Source: an uncultured Methanosarcinales archaeon (lineage in GTDB: Archaea > Nanobdellota > Nanobdellia > Woesearchaeales > CAZYIM01). Taken from it: a stretch of DNA of 64,000 nt. The stretch covers positions 1-64,000 of the forward strand of contig CAZYIM010000001.1 in NCBI GenBank assembly GCA_964647565.1, written 5' to 3'. The first letter of the stretch is position 1, and each line of letters starts with the position of its first letter. The notes below the pieces were generated by a model, which saw only the letters and a list, made by a program, of their open reading frames with translations, made no database searches and was not told where the DNA came from. Position numbers and translations under genes: made by a program. This document shows, piece by piece, positions 28,951 through 39,863 of this stretch.

Positions 28951-30750
28951 AAGATGTTTATGCCTGCTGTTAGCAATAGCATCAACATATGCACATTTCA
29001 TATCTGAGAACTCAGGGGTATCCAGGAAACTGAGAGTATTCCTGACATATCTCTTGGCCATTTCTGTATCCTTATGCCGACATTGGTGCGTCATAACATG
29101 ATACATAGATATCCAGGCCTTATGGGCCTTGAAAGACGTGTACATCTTGTTCACTGTTCTCTTTATAGGGTTCTTCTGGCAATCTTGAAGTTTTTTTGCG
29201 CAATACATACCAAACAGATAATCATCATCCCTGACAAGATCTGGATTTTCATTCATGAATTTTGCGGCATCCTTTATCTCAGGCATATCAATCTCATCTA
29301 TTGCCTTGTTAAAATACTCCGATTTCTTTTCTGCTGAAAGATTGCCAAGGAAATCCACAACATCCGGATGGCCAAGCAATCTGGCAGCCATATATATAGA
29401 GCTGCCATTGCAGATCTTATCAAGATCATTGAGCTTGCCGCTTGTAAAATAATTAGACGGCTGCGAATCGTAGTTGGACAAGCAAGCTAAAAAATTAAGT
29501 CCCTGCATATCAAGATAGTCATTAGCAAATTCAGATGCACTATCAAGCAACCTATCTATAGACTCATTTGAGCCAGGAATATATTTCCTTTTGCCATTAT
29601 TAATTTCAAGATCTTTCTTTCTGGCCAGCCTTAACCGTTCGCCTTGCCGGCCCTGCACAATAGATTTCAAGAATTCGTCCTTATAATCGTGACGATCTAT
29701 ATTGACTGTGATTTTGAATTGGAACACACCCAAGTAAACATCCACTTTCATCTCGATCTTATCTTTTTTTGGCTTCGAATGTTTTGCAAGGGCGTTTTCA
29801 AACCTAATCTGTTTAGCCAAATGAGTCATTAATGATTTGTATTTATCATAATCAGGAACTGTTGCATCCTTAAGAAACACTTCCTGATCCTTACTTTCAT
29901 AAATAAGCACCTTATATTGAGGTTTCTTCTCGAAAATTGCAATTGGCGAAGCCACATTCTCAGGACCCATGATGCTCTTGTAGAAATCATTGAATATCTT
30001 AATAGAAGAGCCTCTCACAGGGACCATTACTGTCTTTCCCATATCCTTAGTGGTCCAAGGACAATCTTTCCAATCATAAACCAACATGCCCTGTGTGTTG
30101 ATCTTTTTTGTGCTTTTAGTTTTTATCCGGCTTGTATTAACCAATTTTTGAAATATAGTAAGCCACTCCATTTCATAAGCAAAAGATAACAACAGATTGT
30201 CAAGTTCTGGTGTACTGAGATTAGACTTGGCTTCTTGCGCAGGACCATTGATCTCAATAGTTAGTTTACCATCAGGATGTGGAATTTCCTGTTTCTTGCC
30301 AAACAGATTTTCCTGCTCTGCATGCTTGTAAAGACCGAAAAATAGTTCTACTAAATCCTTTCTTTCAAGAAAATCATTTTGCCCAAGAGCATTCATCCTG
30401 CCTGTCAAGTCTTGTAAACGCAAATCCATAATGATGCCTCTTTGTTCACAATATTCATTCACAGATTCAATATCTGATTGGGGATCATTATTGAATGTGA
30501 TGCCCATCTGATCGGATAGTTCTTTTCTCGCAGCATTATAGATCTTTGAAAGAAAAAGAGGCGTAAAAAATGATATATTTATCAGGCCTTTGATATCTTT
30601 TTTCATCAAATCATTATGTTCAAATAAATACTCTGCTGCAGCTGAAGGAGCTTCTCTTTTAAGTGATACAGCCTGCTCAAATATGTCTTCCAGAGATAAA
30701 TCTGTAGAAGTTTTCACACTATCTTCAATCATAGCTGTATTTTCAGGCAT
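28942..30750 (-). CDS. Hypothetical protein with a possible degenerate APH/choline-kinase-like domain
   Basis: NYDSQPSNYF...NDLDKICNGSSIYMAARLL resembles the HxDxxxxN...D(F/L)...G...YDLA pattern. Confidence 0.45.
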   Translation of the reverse strand: MPENTAMIEDSVKTSTDLSLEDIFEQAVSLKREAPSAAAEYLFEHNDLMKKDIKGLINISFFTPLFLSKIYNAARKELSDQMGITFNNDPQSDIESVNEYCEQRGIIMDLRLQDLTGRMNALGQNDFLERKDLVELFFGLYKHAEQENLFGKKQEIPHPDGKLTIEINGPAQEAKSNLSTPELDNLLLSFAYEMEWLTIFQKLVNTSRIKTKSTKKINTQGMLVYDWKDCPWTTKDMGKTVMVPVRGSSIKIFNDFYKSIMGPENVASPIAIFEKKPQYKVLIYESKDQEVFLKDATVPDYDKYKSLMTHLAKQIRFENALAKHSKPKKDKIEMKVDVYLGVFQFKITVNIDRHDYKDEFLKSIVQGRQGERLRLARKKDLEINNGKRKYIPGSNESIDRLLDSASEFANDYLDMQGLNFLACLSNYDSQPSNYFTSGKLNDLDKICNGSSIYMAARLLGHPDVVDFLGNLSAEKKSEYFNKAIDEIDMPEIKDAAKFMNENPDLVRDDDYLFGMYCAKKLQDCQKNPIKRTVNKMYTSFKAHKAWISMYHVMTHQCRHKDTEMAKRYVRNTLSFLDTPEFSDMKCAYVDAIANSRHKHLLE

Positions 30751-30827
30751 ATAGCATAAAAATAGCTTTAATCATTTATAAATGTTACTATTATTGAGTA
30801 ACAAATACACACATTTTTAGAAAAACC

Positions 30828-31181
30828 TTATTTTTTGTACAGACGAGGCACCCTTTTTCCAGGCAGATAGTTTTGCTTCTTAAAGCTGGGCGGCTTTACA
30901 ATCGGCATATCATATTGGATATCTGGATCTGGCCGCTTGATTAACATCTTATATCTCTCGGGGTTCTTGGGCACTGCAATCGGCATATTGTCTAAAGGTG
31001 CCGCATATACCCTGAAGTTCTTGTTCTCATGCAAATAGTTCATGACAGGCAGTTGCTCTAATCGCATCTCAATTTGTTTTTTTGGAAATTTCAGGTGCTT
31101 AGGCTGCTGAACCTTGATTGTATCAGCCACAGTTGTAGAGATCAGAAGCATCAACCCACCTATTATTGCTCCGGCCATCAT
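30828..31181 (-). CDS. Hypothetical secreted protein
   Basis: Signal-peptide-like N-terminus and a repeated (D/N)MPI motif. Confidence 0.55.
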   Translation of the reverse strand: MMAGAIIGGLMLLISTTVADTIKVQQPKHLKFPKKQIEMRLEQLPVMNYLHENKNFRVYAAPLDNMPIAVPKNPERYKMLIKRPDPDIQYDMPIVKPPSFKKQNYLPGKRVPRLYKK

Positions 31182-31231
31182 ATATAATGTGCAATAAGAA
31201 TTTAAATATTTTTACAATATTGTAAAATTGC

Positions 31232-32089
31232 CTATCTGAGTGGCAGTAAAACCTTTTTCACTGGTTTCTTGTTCAATGCATAGATATTTCTCTTGATGAA
31301 ATGTGTGGCCTTGCAAAGTTTGTTCCTGTCCTCACCATAGCCAAAATTCTTGATTGCCCTTGCTAGCCCTACATTACCCACATTATGCACAATAGGTATC
31401 TTGGTTCCGTCTTTAAGGAAGAATTCTCCCTTCTCAATATAGAAGTCTTTCTCAGAACTCTCTGAGACAAAAAAGTTGTAAAGATTGGGCAGTATCTTGA
31501 ATCCATCCCTATGCAATATATAGTTGATCGATATCTGATCTGCCATGTACTTGCTCTTCTTGATAAGATGGTCGCACTCTTTGCACATTGCGATAAACTG
31601 GTCAACTGGCGCCACCATAACCCCGTAGTTGATTACCTTTTTGTCCTTAATCACAACCTTCATCTTCTTATAATCATCCTTAGAGAAACAGTTCTGGTAC
31701 ATATGTTCAATATGTATGCTCATCTGATGGATTGCAGCCCTGAAAGTATGCTTATCCTCATCAAACAAATGAGAGACGTCAGTCTGGATGATAAGATCAC
31801 CACTGTCACAGATAAGAATCTGGTCATATCTGGTTTTTATATTTTCAAACAGGATCGGAATGTCCTTAAACTGGGCAACCTTAAGAAAGCCAGTATTCTT
31901 CCCGCCTCTAAAGACTATCACGCCCGCATCTTTTAGTTTTTGCACATATTCATTTATAAGTCCGTAGTCCATAACAATGATATCGCAGTTGTCAAGGAAG
32001 ACATTATCTTGTATAGATTTGAGCCAATGGTTGAATAGAAATTCCTCTGCGTTACTGTCTGCACATATTAAAATAACATTCTTCATCAT
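31232..32089 (-). CDS. Putative glycosyltransferase (GT-A / GT8-like)
   Basis: DYGL, DSGDLIIQTD, INYGV, DQ, YN and VHN motifs in GT8-like order. Confidence 0.55.
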   Translation of the reverse strand: MMKNVILICADSNAEEFLFNHWLKSIQDNVFLDNCDIIVMDYGLINEYVQKLKDAGVIVFRGGKNTGFLKVAQFKDIPILFENIKTRYDQILICDSGDLIIQTDVSHLFDEDKHTFRAAIHQMSIHIEHMYQNCFSKDDYKKMKVVIKDKKVINYGVMVAPVDQFIAMCKECDHLIKKSKYMADQISINYILHRDGFKILPNLYNFFVSESSEKDFYIEKGEFFLKDGTKIPIVHNVGNVGLARAIKNFGYGEDRNKLCKATHFIKRNIYALNKKPVKKVLLPLR

Positions 32090-32145
32090 ATACCCTTATA
32101 AAAAAATATTTTCAATGCAGAATATTTAAACCTTGCGGTAAGAAT

Positions 32146-32544
32146 TTATCTGCTTTGTTCTTTTAGATTCTTTTTATAAGTCAGTTTATACTCTAAGAGT
32201 CCAAAATAGTTCCCAAAAAGCATACAAGGCATTGTTATCGGGTGCCTCTTAAATAAATTTTTAGGTGTAATCCCAGAATTATTCTCAGCATCAGACTTTA
32301 CAAAATAATATGCTGCGATTTCAGTCACATATTCCTTGACTCCGAAAAAACCCAAGATTGCTGCATTTCTTCCGTTTCCTTTGGACAACTCAATTCCACC
32401 CCATATCAATAAGGCATAAGCATCCGGAGCATATAAAAACGTCTTTAAGAAAGGCAAACCTATATTTTTAAGTTTCTCCTTAATATTATACTTTGATTTT
32501 GGAGCTTTACCAATTACTGAATCGATTGTGGTGTCCTGGTTCAT
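32146..32544 (-). CDS. Hypothetical membrane protein
   Basis: 132-aa ORF with hydrophobic stretches. Confidence 0.55.
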   Translation of the reverse strand: MNQDTTIDSVIGKAPKSKYNIKEKLKNIGLPFLKTFLYAPDAYALLIWGGIELSKGNGRNAAILGFFGVKEYVTEIAAYYFVKSDAENNSGITPKNLFKRHPITMPCMLFGNYFGLLEYKLTYKKNLKEQSR

Positions 32545-32634
32545 GATAAAAATTAAAATTAGATATAATTTATAAAACTTTTTGAAAAATTGCTATTAGA
32601 GAGTGAAAACAAATTATTAGGCATATGGAATTTT

Positions 32635-32663
32635 TCCGGTTTTTCCTGCTAAAGATTTATTAA
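32635..32663 (+). repeat. Dispersed 29-bp motif, copy 1
   Basis: TCCGGTTTTTCCTGCTAAAGATTTATTAA; 24/29 identical to the copy at 39794. Confidence 0.7.
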
Positions 32664-32701
32664 TCAGATTTATCCATTATGAAAAACAAAAAAACTTATA
32701 T

Positions 32702-32720
32702 ACTATAGTTGAACTATAGT
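32702..32720. promoter_or_regulatory. Palindromic operator of the mazEF-like TA module
   Basis: Perfect inverted repeat ACTATAGTT-G-AACTATAGT just upstream of the ATG. Confidence 0.65.
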
Positions 32721-32725
32721 CAGTT

Positions 32726-32950
32726 ATGATCACAACAATCCAGCTAAGTGAAAAAATAAAGATGGCTCTGAGCAAGATGAAAAAAAACAACAGGGAAACA
32801 TATGAAGAAGTCATAGTCCGTATGATAAAGACAATCAATGATTCTAAATCCGACAAGGAAAGCCTATTAAGAGAAGGCTATAAGGAAATGGCCAAAACCA
32901 CTGAAAAGACTCATAAAGAATGGTCTTTGACTGATTCCGGGTGGGATTAA
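32726..32950 (+). CDS. Antitoxin (EndoAI/MazE-like, RHH N-terminus)
   Basis: ITTIQLS...TYEEVI and LREGYKEMA; upstream of MazF. Confidence 0.8.
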   Translation: MITTIQLSEKIKMALSKMKKNNRETYEEVIVRMIKTINDSKSDKESLLREGYKEMAKTTEKTHKEWSLTDSGWD

Positions 32951-32951
32951 G

Positions 32952-33296
32952 ATGAAGATTAAAAGAGGCCAGATTGTAATGGTTAAGCTCGATCCTGTTG
33001 TCGGCTCAGAACAGGGAAAGACCAGGCCTGCATTGATCATCCAGAATGATATTGGTAACGAGTTCAGTCCTGTAACGATCGTAGCACCAATAACATCCCG
33101 AATAATTGACAAACAATATCCCACTAACGTACAGATAAGCAAAAAAGAATCAGGCTTGGATAAGGAATCCACAATCCTGTTAAATCAGATCAGGACAATT
33201 GACAAGACCAGGATAATCAAACCATTACGGATTCTAAACCAGGACCTGCTGGCTGATGTTGATTCTGCAATAAAGATAAGTCTTGGCCTGGAATGA
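32952..33296 (+). CDS. mazF: MazF/PemK endoribonuclease toxin
   Basis: LDPVVGSEQGKTRPALIIQNDIGN and QIRTIDKTR. Confidence 0.95.
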   Translation: MKIKRGQIVMVKLDPVVGSEQGKTRPALIIQNDIGNEFSPVTIVAPITSRIIDKQYPTNVQISKKESGLDKESTILLNQIRTIDKTRIIKPLRILNQDLLADVDSAIKISLGLE

Positions 33297-33401
33297 TTGT
33301 AACAGAAAAACACTTCTAAAACATAGAGATTTTACCACAAATATCTTTATAAAAAAAATTTAAATTTTGAAAACATAGAAAAAAACTAGAGGTGTTTTAT
33401 A

Positions 33402-34703
33402 GTGAATCCAGAGTTATCTGAACATTTTGCATCAAGAAAGCCGTCAGCCATCAGGCTGGCACAGATTGAGTTTGCGAAAAGAAACGACAAAACAATAGCA
33501 GTCAATACTGCAATAGGTAATGTATCATTGCCAATGCACCCTGCAATGATTGAGCGGATGAAGAATCTTGGAGGAGCGGGCAGCCCATTTGTCAAAGGCA
33601 TAGTCAAATACACATCAACAGTGGGCGTGGAAGAATCCAACAAGGCTTTCCTGAATATCATAGCCTCAAGCGGCTTTAAGACAGATAATCTATATTCACA
33701 GATCACTGACGGCGGAAGCCAGGCAATGGAACTAATAATTCTTGGCACATGCGGACCTGCAGGCAGCGATATTAAACCTTTGCTATTAATCGATGCATCA
33801 TACACCAACTATTCAGCTATGGCACAGCGGCTTGGCAGGAAAACAATCTCTGTGAGGAGGAACCTGCACGAACATGGCAAGTTCAGCCTGCCCGACATAA
33901 ATGAGATCGAGAGGGTTATTGAAGAGTTCAAGCCAGGAGCAATGATCGTCATCCCATATGATAATCCTACAGGTCATTTCTATGACCATAAGACGATGGT
34001 GGAACTTGGCCAGCTTTGTGTCAAGCACAACATGTGGATGATAAGCGATGAGGCATACAGAGAGCTGCACTATGTCGATCACGACACATCAAGCATCTGG
34101 GGACTTCTGGATGACGAAGTGCCAGGCATAGAAGGAAGAAGGATAAGCATTGAGACTGCATCCAAGGTCTGGAATGCTTGCGGACTCAGGATAGGTGCAT
34201 TGGTAACTGATAACGAAGATTATCATAAAGCGTCTGTTGCTGAAAACACCGCAAACCTTTGCTCCAATGCAATTGGCCAATATATCTTTGGTGCAATGGC
34301 ACAAGAAAGTCAAGAAGACTTAAAGACTTGGTATTCTAAACAAAGAAAATACTATCATAACATGATGTCAATGATGACCCAGGAGATTAAGCAAAGATTG
34401 CCGGGCGTCATCATTTCAAGTCCAGACGCATCCATATACTCTGTTGTGGATGTAAGGGATATAGCTAAACCAGGTTTCAATGCACTCGATTTTGTCTTGT
34501 TCTGTGCAAAAGAGGGCAAAGTGAATGTTGATGGCAAACAGACAACCCTGTTGGTCTCACCTATGGCAGGATTCTATAATGTAGAAGAAGGTCAAGAAAA
34601 TCCAGGGGATACCCAGATGAGAATAGCCTATGTAGAGACTCCTGAAAACATGGCTAAGGTGCCGTTATTGTTTACAGATCTTTTCAATCAGTACAATAAA
34701 TAA
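33402..34703 (+). CDS. PLP-dependent aminotransferase, class I/II
   Basis: DNPTG, SDEAY and SKVWNACGLRIG. Confidence 0.9.
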   Translation: MNPELSEHFASRKPSAIRLAQIEFAKRNDKTIAVNTAIGNVSLPMHPAMIERMKNLGGAGSPFVKGIVKYTSTVGVEESNKAFLNIIASSGFKTDNLYSQITDGGSQAMELIILGTCGPAGSDIKPLLLIDASYTNYSAMAQRLGRKTISVRRNLHEHGKFSLPDINEIERVIEEFKPGAMIVIPYDNPTGHFYDHKTMVELGQLCVKHNMWMISDEAYRELHYVDHDTSSIWGLLDDEVPGIEGRRISIETASKVWNACGLRIGALVTDNEDYHKASVAENTANLCSNAIGQYIFGAMAQESQEDLKTWYSKQRKYYHNMMSMMTQEIKQRLPGVIISSPDASIYSVVDVRDIAKPGFNALDFVLFCAKEGKVNVDGKQTTLLVSPMAGFYNVEEGQENPGDTQMRIAYVETPENMAKVPLLFTDLFNQYNK

Positions 34704-34754
34704 ACCCATTGACAGAATCTACACTTGAGGTATGCGAGATAAAGAGGTGAATCC

Positions 34755-36239
34755 TCAAGATTTTTTCTTTTTCTTGGATTTTTCTTTTTCTTCTAGACCA
34801 AACCAGTTCTTGATTTTGACCTCAGTAACATCTGAACTATCACCACTATATATATAAGGCATGTCGCTGAGCTGATCCTTCGTGATATTTTCAAGGATTC
34901 CAGGATTCTCTGAAATTATTTTATGTACTACAGTTCTATGATCACGAAATTTATTCCCTGTCAGGATCACTGCAAGCTTGGCTTCTTTGGAAAGCTTTCT
35001 GATATCGATTCCCTCTGGTAAATAAGATCTCAGCTGTTCAGCGCCTTTTGCGCTGCGCCTTGCAGCATACATCACATTCTTGAAAAGCTGCTTGGCTTTG
35101 CCAAACTGAGATAGTTTAAGGATATTTTCTGCAATATAACTGACATCTTCAGGGCTTTCACGGCACGCAGCGTATCCAATCGCTGCTTTTGCCAGATGAG
35201 GCCCCATCTTGTCAATAGCCCTTAACTTATTAAGCACAGGTTCCTTGGTTATGCTATTTGCGAACTTAACAAGAGATGTACCGCCAAACTCAGTGCCAAG
35301 AGCAATATATACTTCTTCTGGAAGTTTTGCATCCTTTATCTTCTCAGCAGCATCCAATACATCTTCTGGCCTCTCAGAGATTTTAGTTCGGCCCAAACGT
35401 GCATAGCTTGAATCATTCATTTTCTGGATAACATGATCAACAAATGCAGCTCTTCCAGTCTCAAACAAAGTTTCAGCTCTTCTGACTGTATCTGCAAATG
35501 TATTATCATCCCAGGCATATCGATCTGCAGACTTGTTAAACTTAGGAAGCGAATATGTCCAATCTTTGTTTTTCATTGAATTATACTTATTAGTGAAGGA
35601 TCGGATTGCTTTTACCAGTCCCAGATCATTAACCTTGATTCCAGGATCAATAGCTGATAAATCATCTTTGTCTTTTAATTCCGCATAGAAACTAAATATC
35701 TCATCAACAATTGCTCGATAGTTTTCAGCATTATATCCCTCAATAGCTAACTGTAAAGCTGAAATTAATTCAGAACTTCCTGATGCTTTTTCAATCATCA
35801 TATCTGTTATTTCAGATTGTCCATATACTGCTTGTCGGATAGTCAGATCTATAGCAGGGTTGCTACCGAAATTATATTTATGAGGAAATTGGTTTTCAAC
35901 AGCAGATAGCTGTTCTTTAATATGAGGATTTTCCAGATTCTCTGTTGCAGTCATTGCAGCCTGATAATTATTCTCTACAATATCTGCCAACTCTCTTGCA
36001 ACAGTCGTCCTATGATCAAACTCAGGATATGACGCAATTGCAGCACCGATCCTTGCTCCGTTCTCTGTATAGACTGCCAAGGCTGCAGGAAGAATATCTT
36101 TATATTTTGGCGACATCGCCAAAAGTTCAACAGAATCAACAAACGAGTGATCTTCGTGTGTTAGCTTGAACGCATTCATAGCATCGCCATATGATATTGC
36201 CACCTGGGCCATCATGGCTTTTCCCGAGTTATTTTTCAT
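34755..36239 (-). CDS. Hypothetical helical protein
   Basis: 494-aa ORF with a GGTGG RBS. Confidence 0.65.
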   Translation of the reverse strand: MKNNSGKAMMAQVAISYGDAMNAFKLTHEDHSFVDSVELLAMSPKYKDILPAALAVYTENGARIGAAIASYPEFDHRTTVARELADIVENNYQAAMTATENLENPHIKEQLSAVENQFPHKYNFGSNPAIDLTIRQAVYGQSEITDMMIEKASGSSELISALQLAIEGYNAENYRAIVDEIFSFYAELKDKDDLSAIDPGIKVNDLGLVKAIRSFTNKYNSMKNKDWTYSLPKFNKSADRYAWDDNTFADTVRRAETLFETGRAAFVDHVIQKMNDSSYARLGRTKISERPEDVLDAAEKIKDAKLPEEVYIALGTEFGGTSLVKFANSITKEPVLNKLRAIDKMGPHLAKAAIGYAACRESPEDVSYIAENILKLSQFGKAKQLFKNVMYAARRSAKGAEQLRSYLPEGIDIRKLSKEAKLAVILTGNKFRDHRTVVHKIISENPGILENITKDQLSDMPYIYSGDSSDVTEVKIKNWFGLEEKEKSKKKKKS

Positions 36240-36375
36240 AAAACACCACCCTCACACATTGATAACCACTCAGAAATGGTTTAAAATTAATAAAACTTTC
36301 TGTTTGTGTGTGTGATTTTTCCCTGACTTGCTATTAAGAAAGTTACTCTCTTTGTATACCAAGCAAAATACCCAT

Positions 36376-37563
36376 CTAAATATTTTTTTTCAATCTTAAT
36401 GCTACTTCATCTATGAACTCCTCACTAAAATAAGATCGTTTAGGAACTGGCTTAGCTAGAGCTGCAAGATCTTTGGTCATTATCCCAGATTCAATTGTTT
36501 CGATGACTGCGGCTTCCAGAGTCTCAGCAAATCCAATCACCTTAGGTGTCTTATCCAGCTTTCCTCTCCTTCTTATAGCTCCTGTCCATGCAAAGATTGA
36601 GGCTACAGGATTGGTTGATGTTGGGTTTCCTTTCATATGCTCTCTGTAATGCCTAACAACTGTCCCGTGCGCAGCCTCATATTCATATTCACCTTCAGGA
36701 GAGACTAATACAGACGTCATAAGGCCTAAACTCCCAAAGCCTGCTGCGACCATGTCCGACATAATATCACCCTCATAGTTCATGCACGCCCAAATGATAC
36801 CTCCCTCATTCTTCATGATCTGTGCAACAGCATCATCGATCAGCAAATATCTATACCTGTTTTCAATACCAGCCAGTCTCATCTCTTCAAGGAATATTTC
36901 CTTGAATCTGGCATGATAATTCTTTGATATTGTGTCTTTTGTTGCAAACCAGACAGGATAATCATTATTCTCTGCATATTTGGCGCAAGACTTGGCAAAA
37001 CTTCTAATAGACGCCTCAGTATTAAACATTCCCTTGATTACACCTGGACCCGAGAAATCGTTTATCTTAAGAGAAATCCCCTTACCTTTTATTGGATTAT
37101 AAACAAGACAGGCATTACCTGCAGAAGGAACCCTAAAATCAACACTGGTGTAAATATCACCATAAGCATGCCGGGCTATGATAATTGGTTTGTTCCAACT
37201 CCTGACAAAAGGTGGTATATTTTTTACAAGGATAGGTTTTCTAAAGACTGTACCATCTAGAAACGATCTTATGGTGATGTTCGGGCTTGAGTATTGTCTC
37301 TTTAGACTGAACTCCTCCACTCTTTCTTCATTAGGAGTTATTGTTGCGCATTTGACACCCACTTTGTATTTCTTGATTGCTTTTGCAGCATCAGTTGTTA
37401 TATTATCATCGGTTTCGTCCCTTTTTTGAATTCCCAGATCAAAGTATTTAAGTTCAACATCAAGGAATGGGCAGATAAGCTTTTCCTTGATCATCTTCCA
37501 AAGCACTCTTGTCATTTCATCGCCATCCAGTTCAACAATCGGATTAGTTGCTTTTATCATCAT
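36376..37563 (-). CDS. icd: NADP-dependent isocitrate dehydrogenase (eukaryote-like subfamily)
   Basis: [39 protein letters not shown] and TSTNP. Confidence 0.95.
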   Translation of the reverse strand: MMIKATNPIVELDGDEMTRVLWKMIKEKLICPFLDVELKYFDLGIQKRDETDDNITTDAAKAIKKYKVGVKCATITPNEERVEEFSLKRQYSSPNITIRSFLDGTVFRKPILVKNIPPFVRSWNKPIIIARHAYGDIYTSVDFRVPSAGNACLVYNPIKGKGISLKINDFSGPGVIKGMFNTEASIRSFAKSCAKYAENNDYPVWFATKDTISKNYHARFKEIFLEEMRLAGIENRYRYLLIDDAVAQIMKNEGGIIWACMNYEGDIMSDMVAAGFGSLGLMTSVLVSPEGEYEYEAAHGTVVRHYREHMKGNPTSTNPVASIFAWTGAIRRRGKLDKTPKVIGFAETLEAAVIETIESGIMTKDLAALAKPVPKRSYFSEEFIDEVALRLKKNI

Positions 37564-37682
37564 ATATTCACCTCTACATATTCCCCTCTAGATCGAAAAC
37601 CAAGTCTATTTCAGAACCTAGTATGATAATTTGAAAACCCTTTATAAACTTATTGGGGATGTACAAAATAATGTTCAGATTT

Positions 37683-37711
37683 TCCAGTCTTTCTCCATAG
37701 AGATATATCAA
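37683..37711 (+). repeat. Dispersed 29-bp motif, copy 2
   Basis: TCCAGTCTTTCTCCATAGAGATATATCAA; 24/29 identical to the copy at 40582. Confidence 0.6.
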
Positions 37712-37726
37712 ATAGAAATTCTATTA

Positions 37727-38323
37727 TCACAAACCATTAAGTATGACATTCCGAAATTTGGCAGGCGGACTTCTTTCTAGCTTGAACACCTTTTCAGATG
37801 TATCAAAACCATGCTTAACCATCATATCCTGGAACTTTAAGAAAATCTTATAGGTAGCTTGGGCATCTGCCATGGCCCTATGGGCCTGGTCATTGACAAC
37901 ATTGAAATGCTCACACAAGAATGCGAGTCTCCTGCTAGGAAGGCTGGGCAATAGTCTGGTTGTCAGCTTACAGGTACATAACCGCTCGTTTGTAAATGAT
38001 CTATCCAAATGCTGTTCTGCATTGTGATTAAGAAAGCCATAGTCAAATGTTGCGTTATGGGCAATCATCACCCTGGAGCCCATGAACCTTAAGAATCTTG
38101 GCAGGATCTTGTTGATAGGTTTGGCCTTTGCAACCATGTCATCGTCTATGCCAGTCAATCTGGTTATGAAACTTGGGATGTGCACTCCTGGATTCACGAG
38201 TGATTGGAATTCATCCTTGACTTCACCATCTTTCACTTTCACTGCAGCCAGCTCTGTTATCTGATGACGTCTCTTGGATAAACCTGTGGTCTCTATATCA
38301 ACAACAACATAATCATCTATCAA
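37727..38323 (-). CDS. DnaQ/PolC-like DEDDh 3'-5' exonuclease
   Basis: DIETTG, AHNATFD and HRAMADA; TTG start after AGGTGA. Confidence 0.9.
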   Translation of the reverse strand: MIDDYVVVDIETTGLSKRRHQITELAAVKVKDGEVKDEFQSLVNPGVHIPSFITRLTGIDDDMVAKAKPINKILPRFLRFMGSRVMIAHNATFDYGFLNHNAEQHLDRSFTNERLCTCKLTTRLLPSLPSRRLAFLCEHFNVVNDQAHRAMADAQATYKIFLKFQDMMVKHGFDTSEKVFKLERSPPAKFRNVILNGL

Positions 38324-38417
38324 CTTTTCACCTATATTTTTCGTAAGATAGACATATATAAAGTTTGTTGGACTGGAAAACAATGTTTGGCAAAGATGTC
38401 TTATTGATCCTAGAATA

Positions 38418-38446
38418 TCCGGAGTTTCCTCAAAGAAATTTACTGA
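38418..38446 (+). repeat. Dispersed 29-bp motif, copy 3
   Basis: TCCGGAGTTTCCTCAAAGAAATTTACTGA; 25/29 identical to the copy at 39794. Confidence 0.65.
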
Positions 38447-38449
38447 AAG

Positions 38450-39649
38450 TTATTTATCTAATTCGCTCAGGTTTCCCTTATATCCTATAGATATTGTGCT
38501 TTGACTAGATAATGGAAAACCCGGTAGATAAACTGAGGTGTTATCTAAGAATAATGATTGGTAATTTACTGCTTTTGAAGTCCGAGCCCCAAGCTGTCCC
38601 ATCTTATTTGTAAATCGGGCCATGAATTCTGCAGCAGTATCGCATTCAAGATCCGATAGGGAGAATGAATATGTGTTTTTTTCATATTGCTCTTTACTTA
38701 ATCCGATCTGATTTCCTTTAGTTCCAACAAGCTGGATTCCACCCATACCAGGGATCTCCTCTGGCATGTTATCCAGATCAAACCATTGCGAACCATTAGT
38801 CAGGCATCCTGTAAAAACAGGATCTGGTACAGCTGCAAAACCACAAGCCCTGTATCCGAACTCTTTTGCCAACTGAGTATATGCTTCAAGGGGCGATTGC
38901 CCTTTAAGGAAAAACGAATAACCGATCCCAGTTGCTTGACCCCTAAGTGATCTTAAGTCCTCTGCTTTCATCCCCTTACTGAACTGTTTATGTTTTTCAA
39001 CTATAAAGCTTGTGTCAAACATCTTAAAATTATAAACATGCTCGTTTAACGAAGCCACTTTTGAAAACAAGTCAGCATGACCACTTCTTGCTGCTAAAGC
39101 ATAGTTTAATACTGATTTTCCCTGAAGATCGTGTTCATCTTTAAATATATGCTTGTCAATTACGATTAATCCTTTGCAAACAGGATCTGGAGAGAATTTT
39201 TTCCTTGCCCATTCTTTTAGGTTCCATAATTTCATTGCAGCTTCCCATTTAGTCATGGATAATAGCTCATATTTATCGGGAACTTTTTTTAATGGTGAAC
39301 CGTTTATTATAATATTTTCCTGAGGCGCTACTTGAGTTGAATTTTTTTCTACAAGGGTTTTTGTTTTTCTTGGTTGACCAAGTTTTTTCTGCTGATTATC
39401 CGGAAATATTTCAAAATAGATCCCAAAATTATCTGGCTCCGATAATGTCTCTAATTGATGTGCATATACATTCTGGTCTTTAAAATAGTCCAGAAGTTGT
39501 GATTTGGTCTCTTCGGGTGTTAGCTTAACACCAAAGTTAAACCTATTGAAGATTATATCTGCACCACCTTCGATGATCCCTTTACTGACATCATTAAAAT
39601 TCATATTATGGATTTTATCTGGTTCTACATCCAATTTTATATTTTCCAT
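38450..39649 (-). CDS. Hypothetical protein
   Basis: About 400-aa ORF; start placed at ATG 39649, downstream of a TATA-like sequence. Confidence 0.6.
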   Translation of the reverse strand: MENIKLDVEPDKIHNMNFNDVSKGIIEGGADIIFNRFNFGVKLTPEETKSQLLDYFKDQNVYAHQLETLSEPDNFGIYFEIFPDNQQKKLGQPRKTKTLVEKNSTQVAPQENIIINGSPLKKVPDKYELLSMTKWEAAMKLWNLKEWARKKFSPDPVCKGLIVIDKHIFKDEHDLQGKSVLNYALAARSGHADLFSKVASLNEHVYNFKMFDTSFIVEKHKQFSKGMKAEDLRSLRGQATGIGYSFFLKGQSPLEAYTQLAKEFGYRACGFAAVPDPVFTGCLTNGSQWFDLDNMPEEIPGMGGIQLVGTKGNQIGLSKEQYEKNTYSFSLSDLECDTAAEFMARFTNKMGQLGARTSKAVNYQSLFLDNTSVYLPGFPLSSQSTISIGYKGNLSELDK

Positions 39650-39793
39650 TAATACAGGTAACATCTTATAAAGGATTAAAACCACATTTATAAATGTTGC
39701 CACTATACAGGAGTTTAAATTGCTTATGTTTCCGTTAATAATAAAAGAACAATAAAATCCACAAAGAATATATTCACTTTTTTCTAAAAATGC

Positions 39794-39822
39794 TCCGGTT
39801 TTTCCTCAAAGAAATTTATTAA
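39794..39822 (+). repeat. Dispersed 29-bp motif, copy 4
   Basis: TCCGGTTTTTCCTCAAAGAAATTTATTAA. Confidence 0.75.
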
Positions 39823-39863
39823 GCAACCATTCTTAAAATCCAATTAGATATAGAAAAGTTTAT

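Noticed and set aside
34709..34750. TTGACA plus GAGGTGA resembling an orphan bacterial promoter and RBS
   Set aside because: The -10 element is poor and no gene follows on that strand, so it could be chance.
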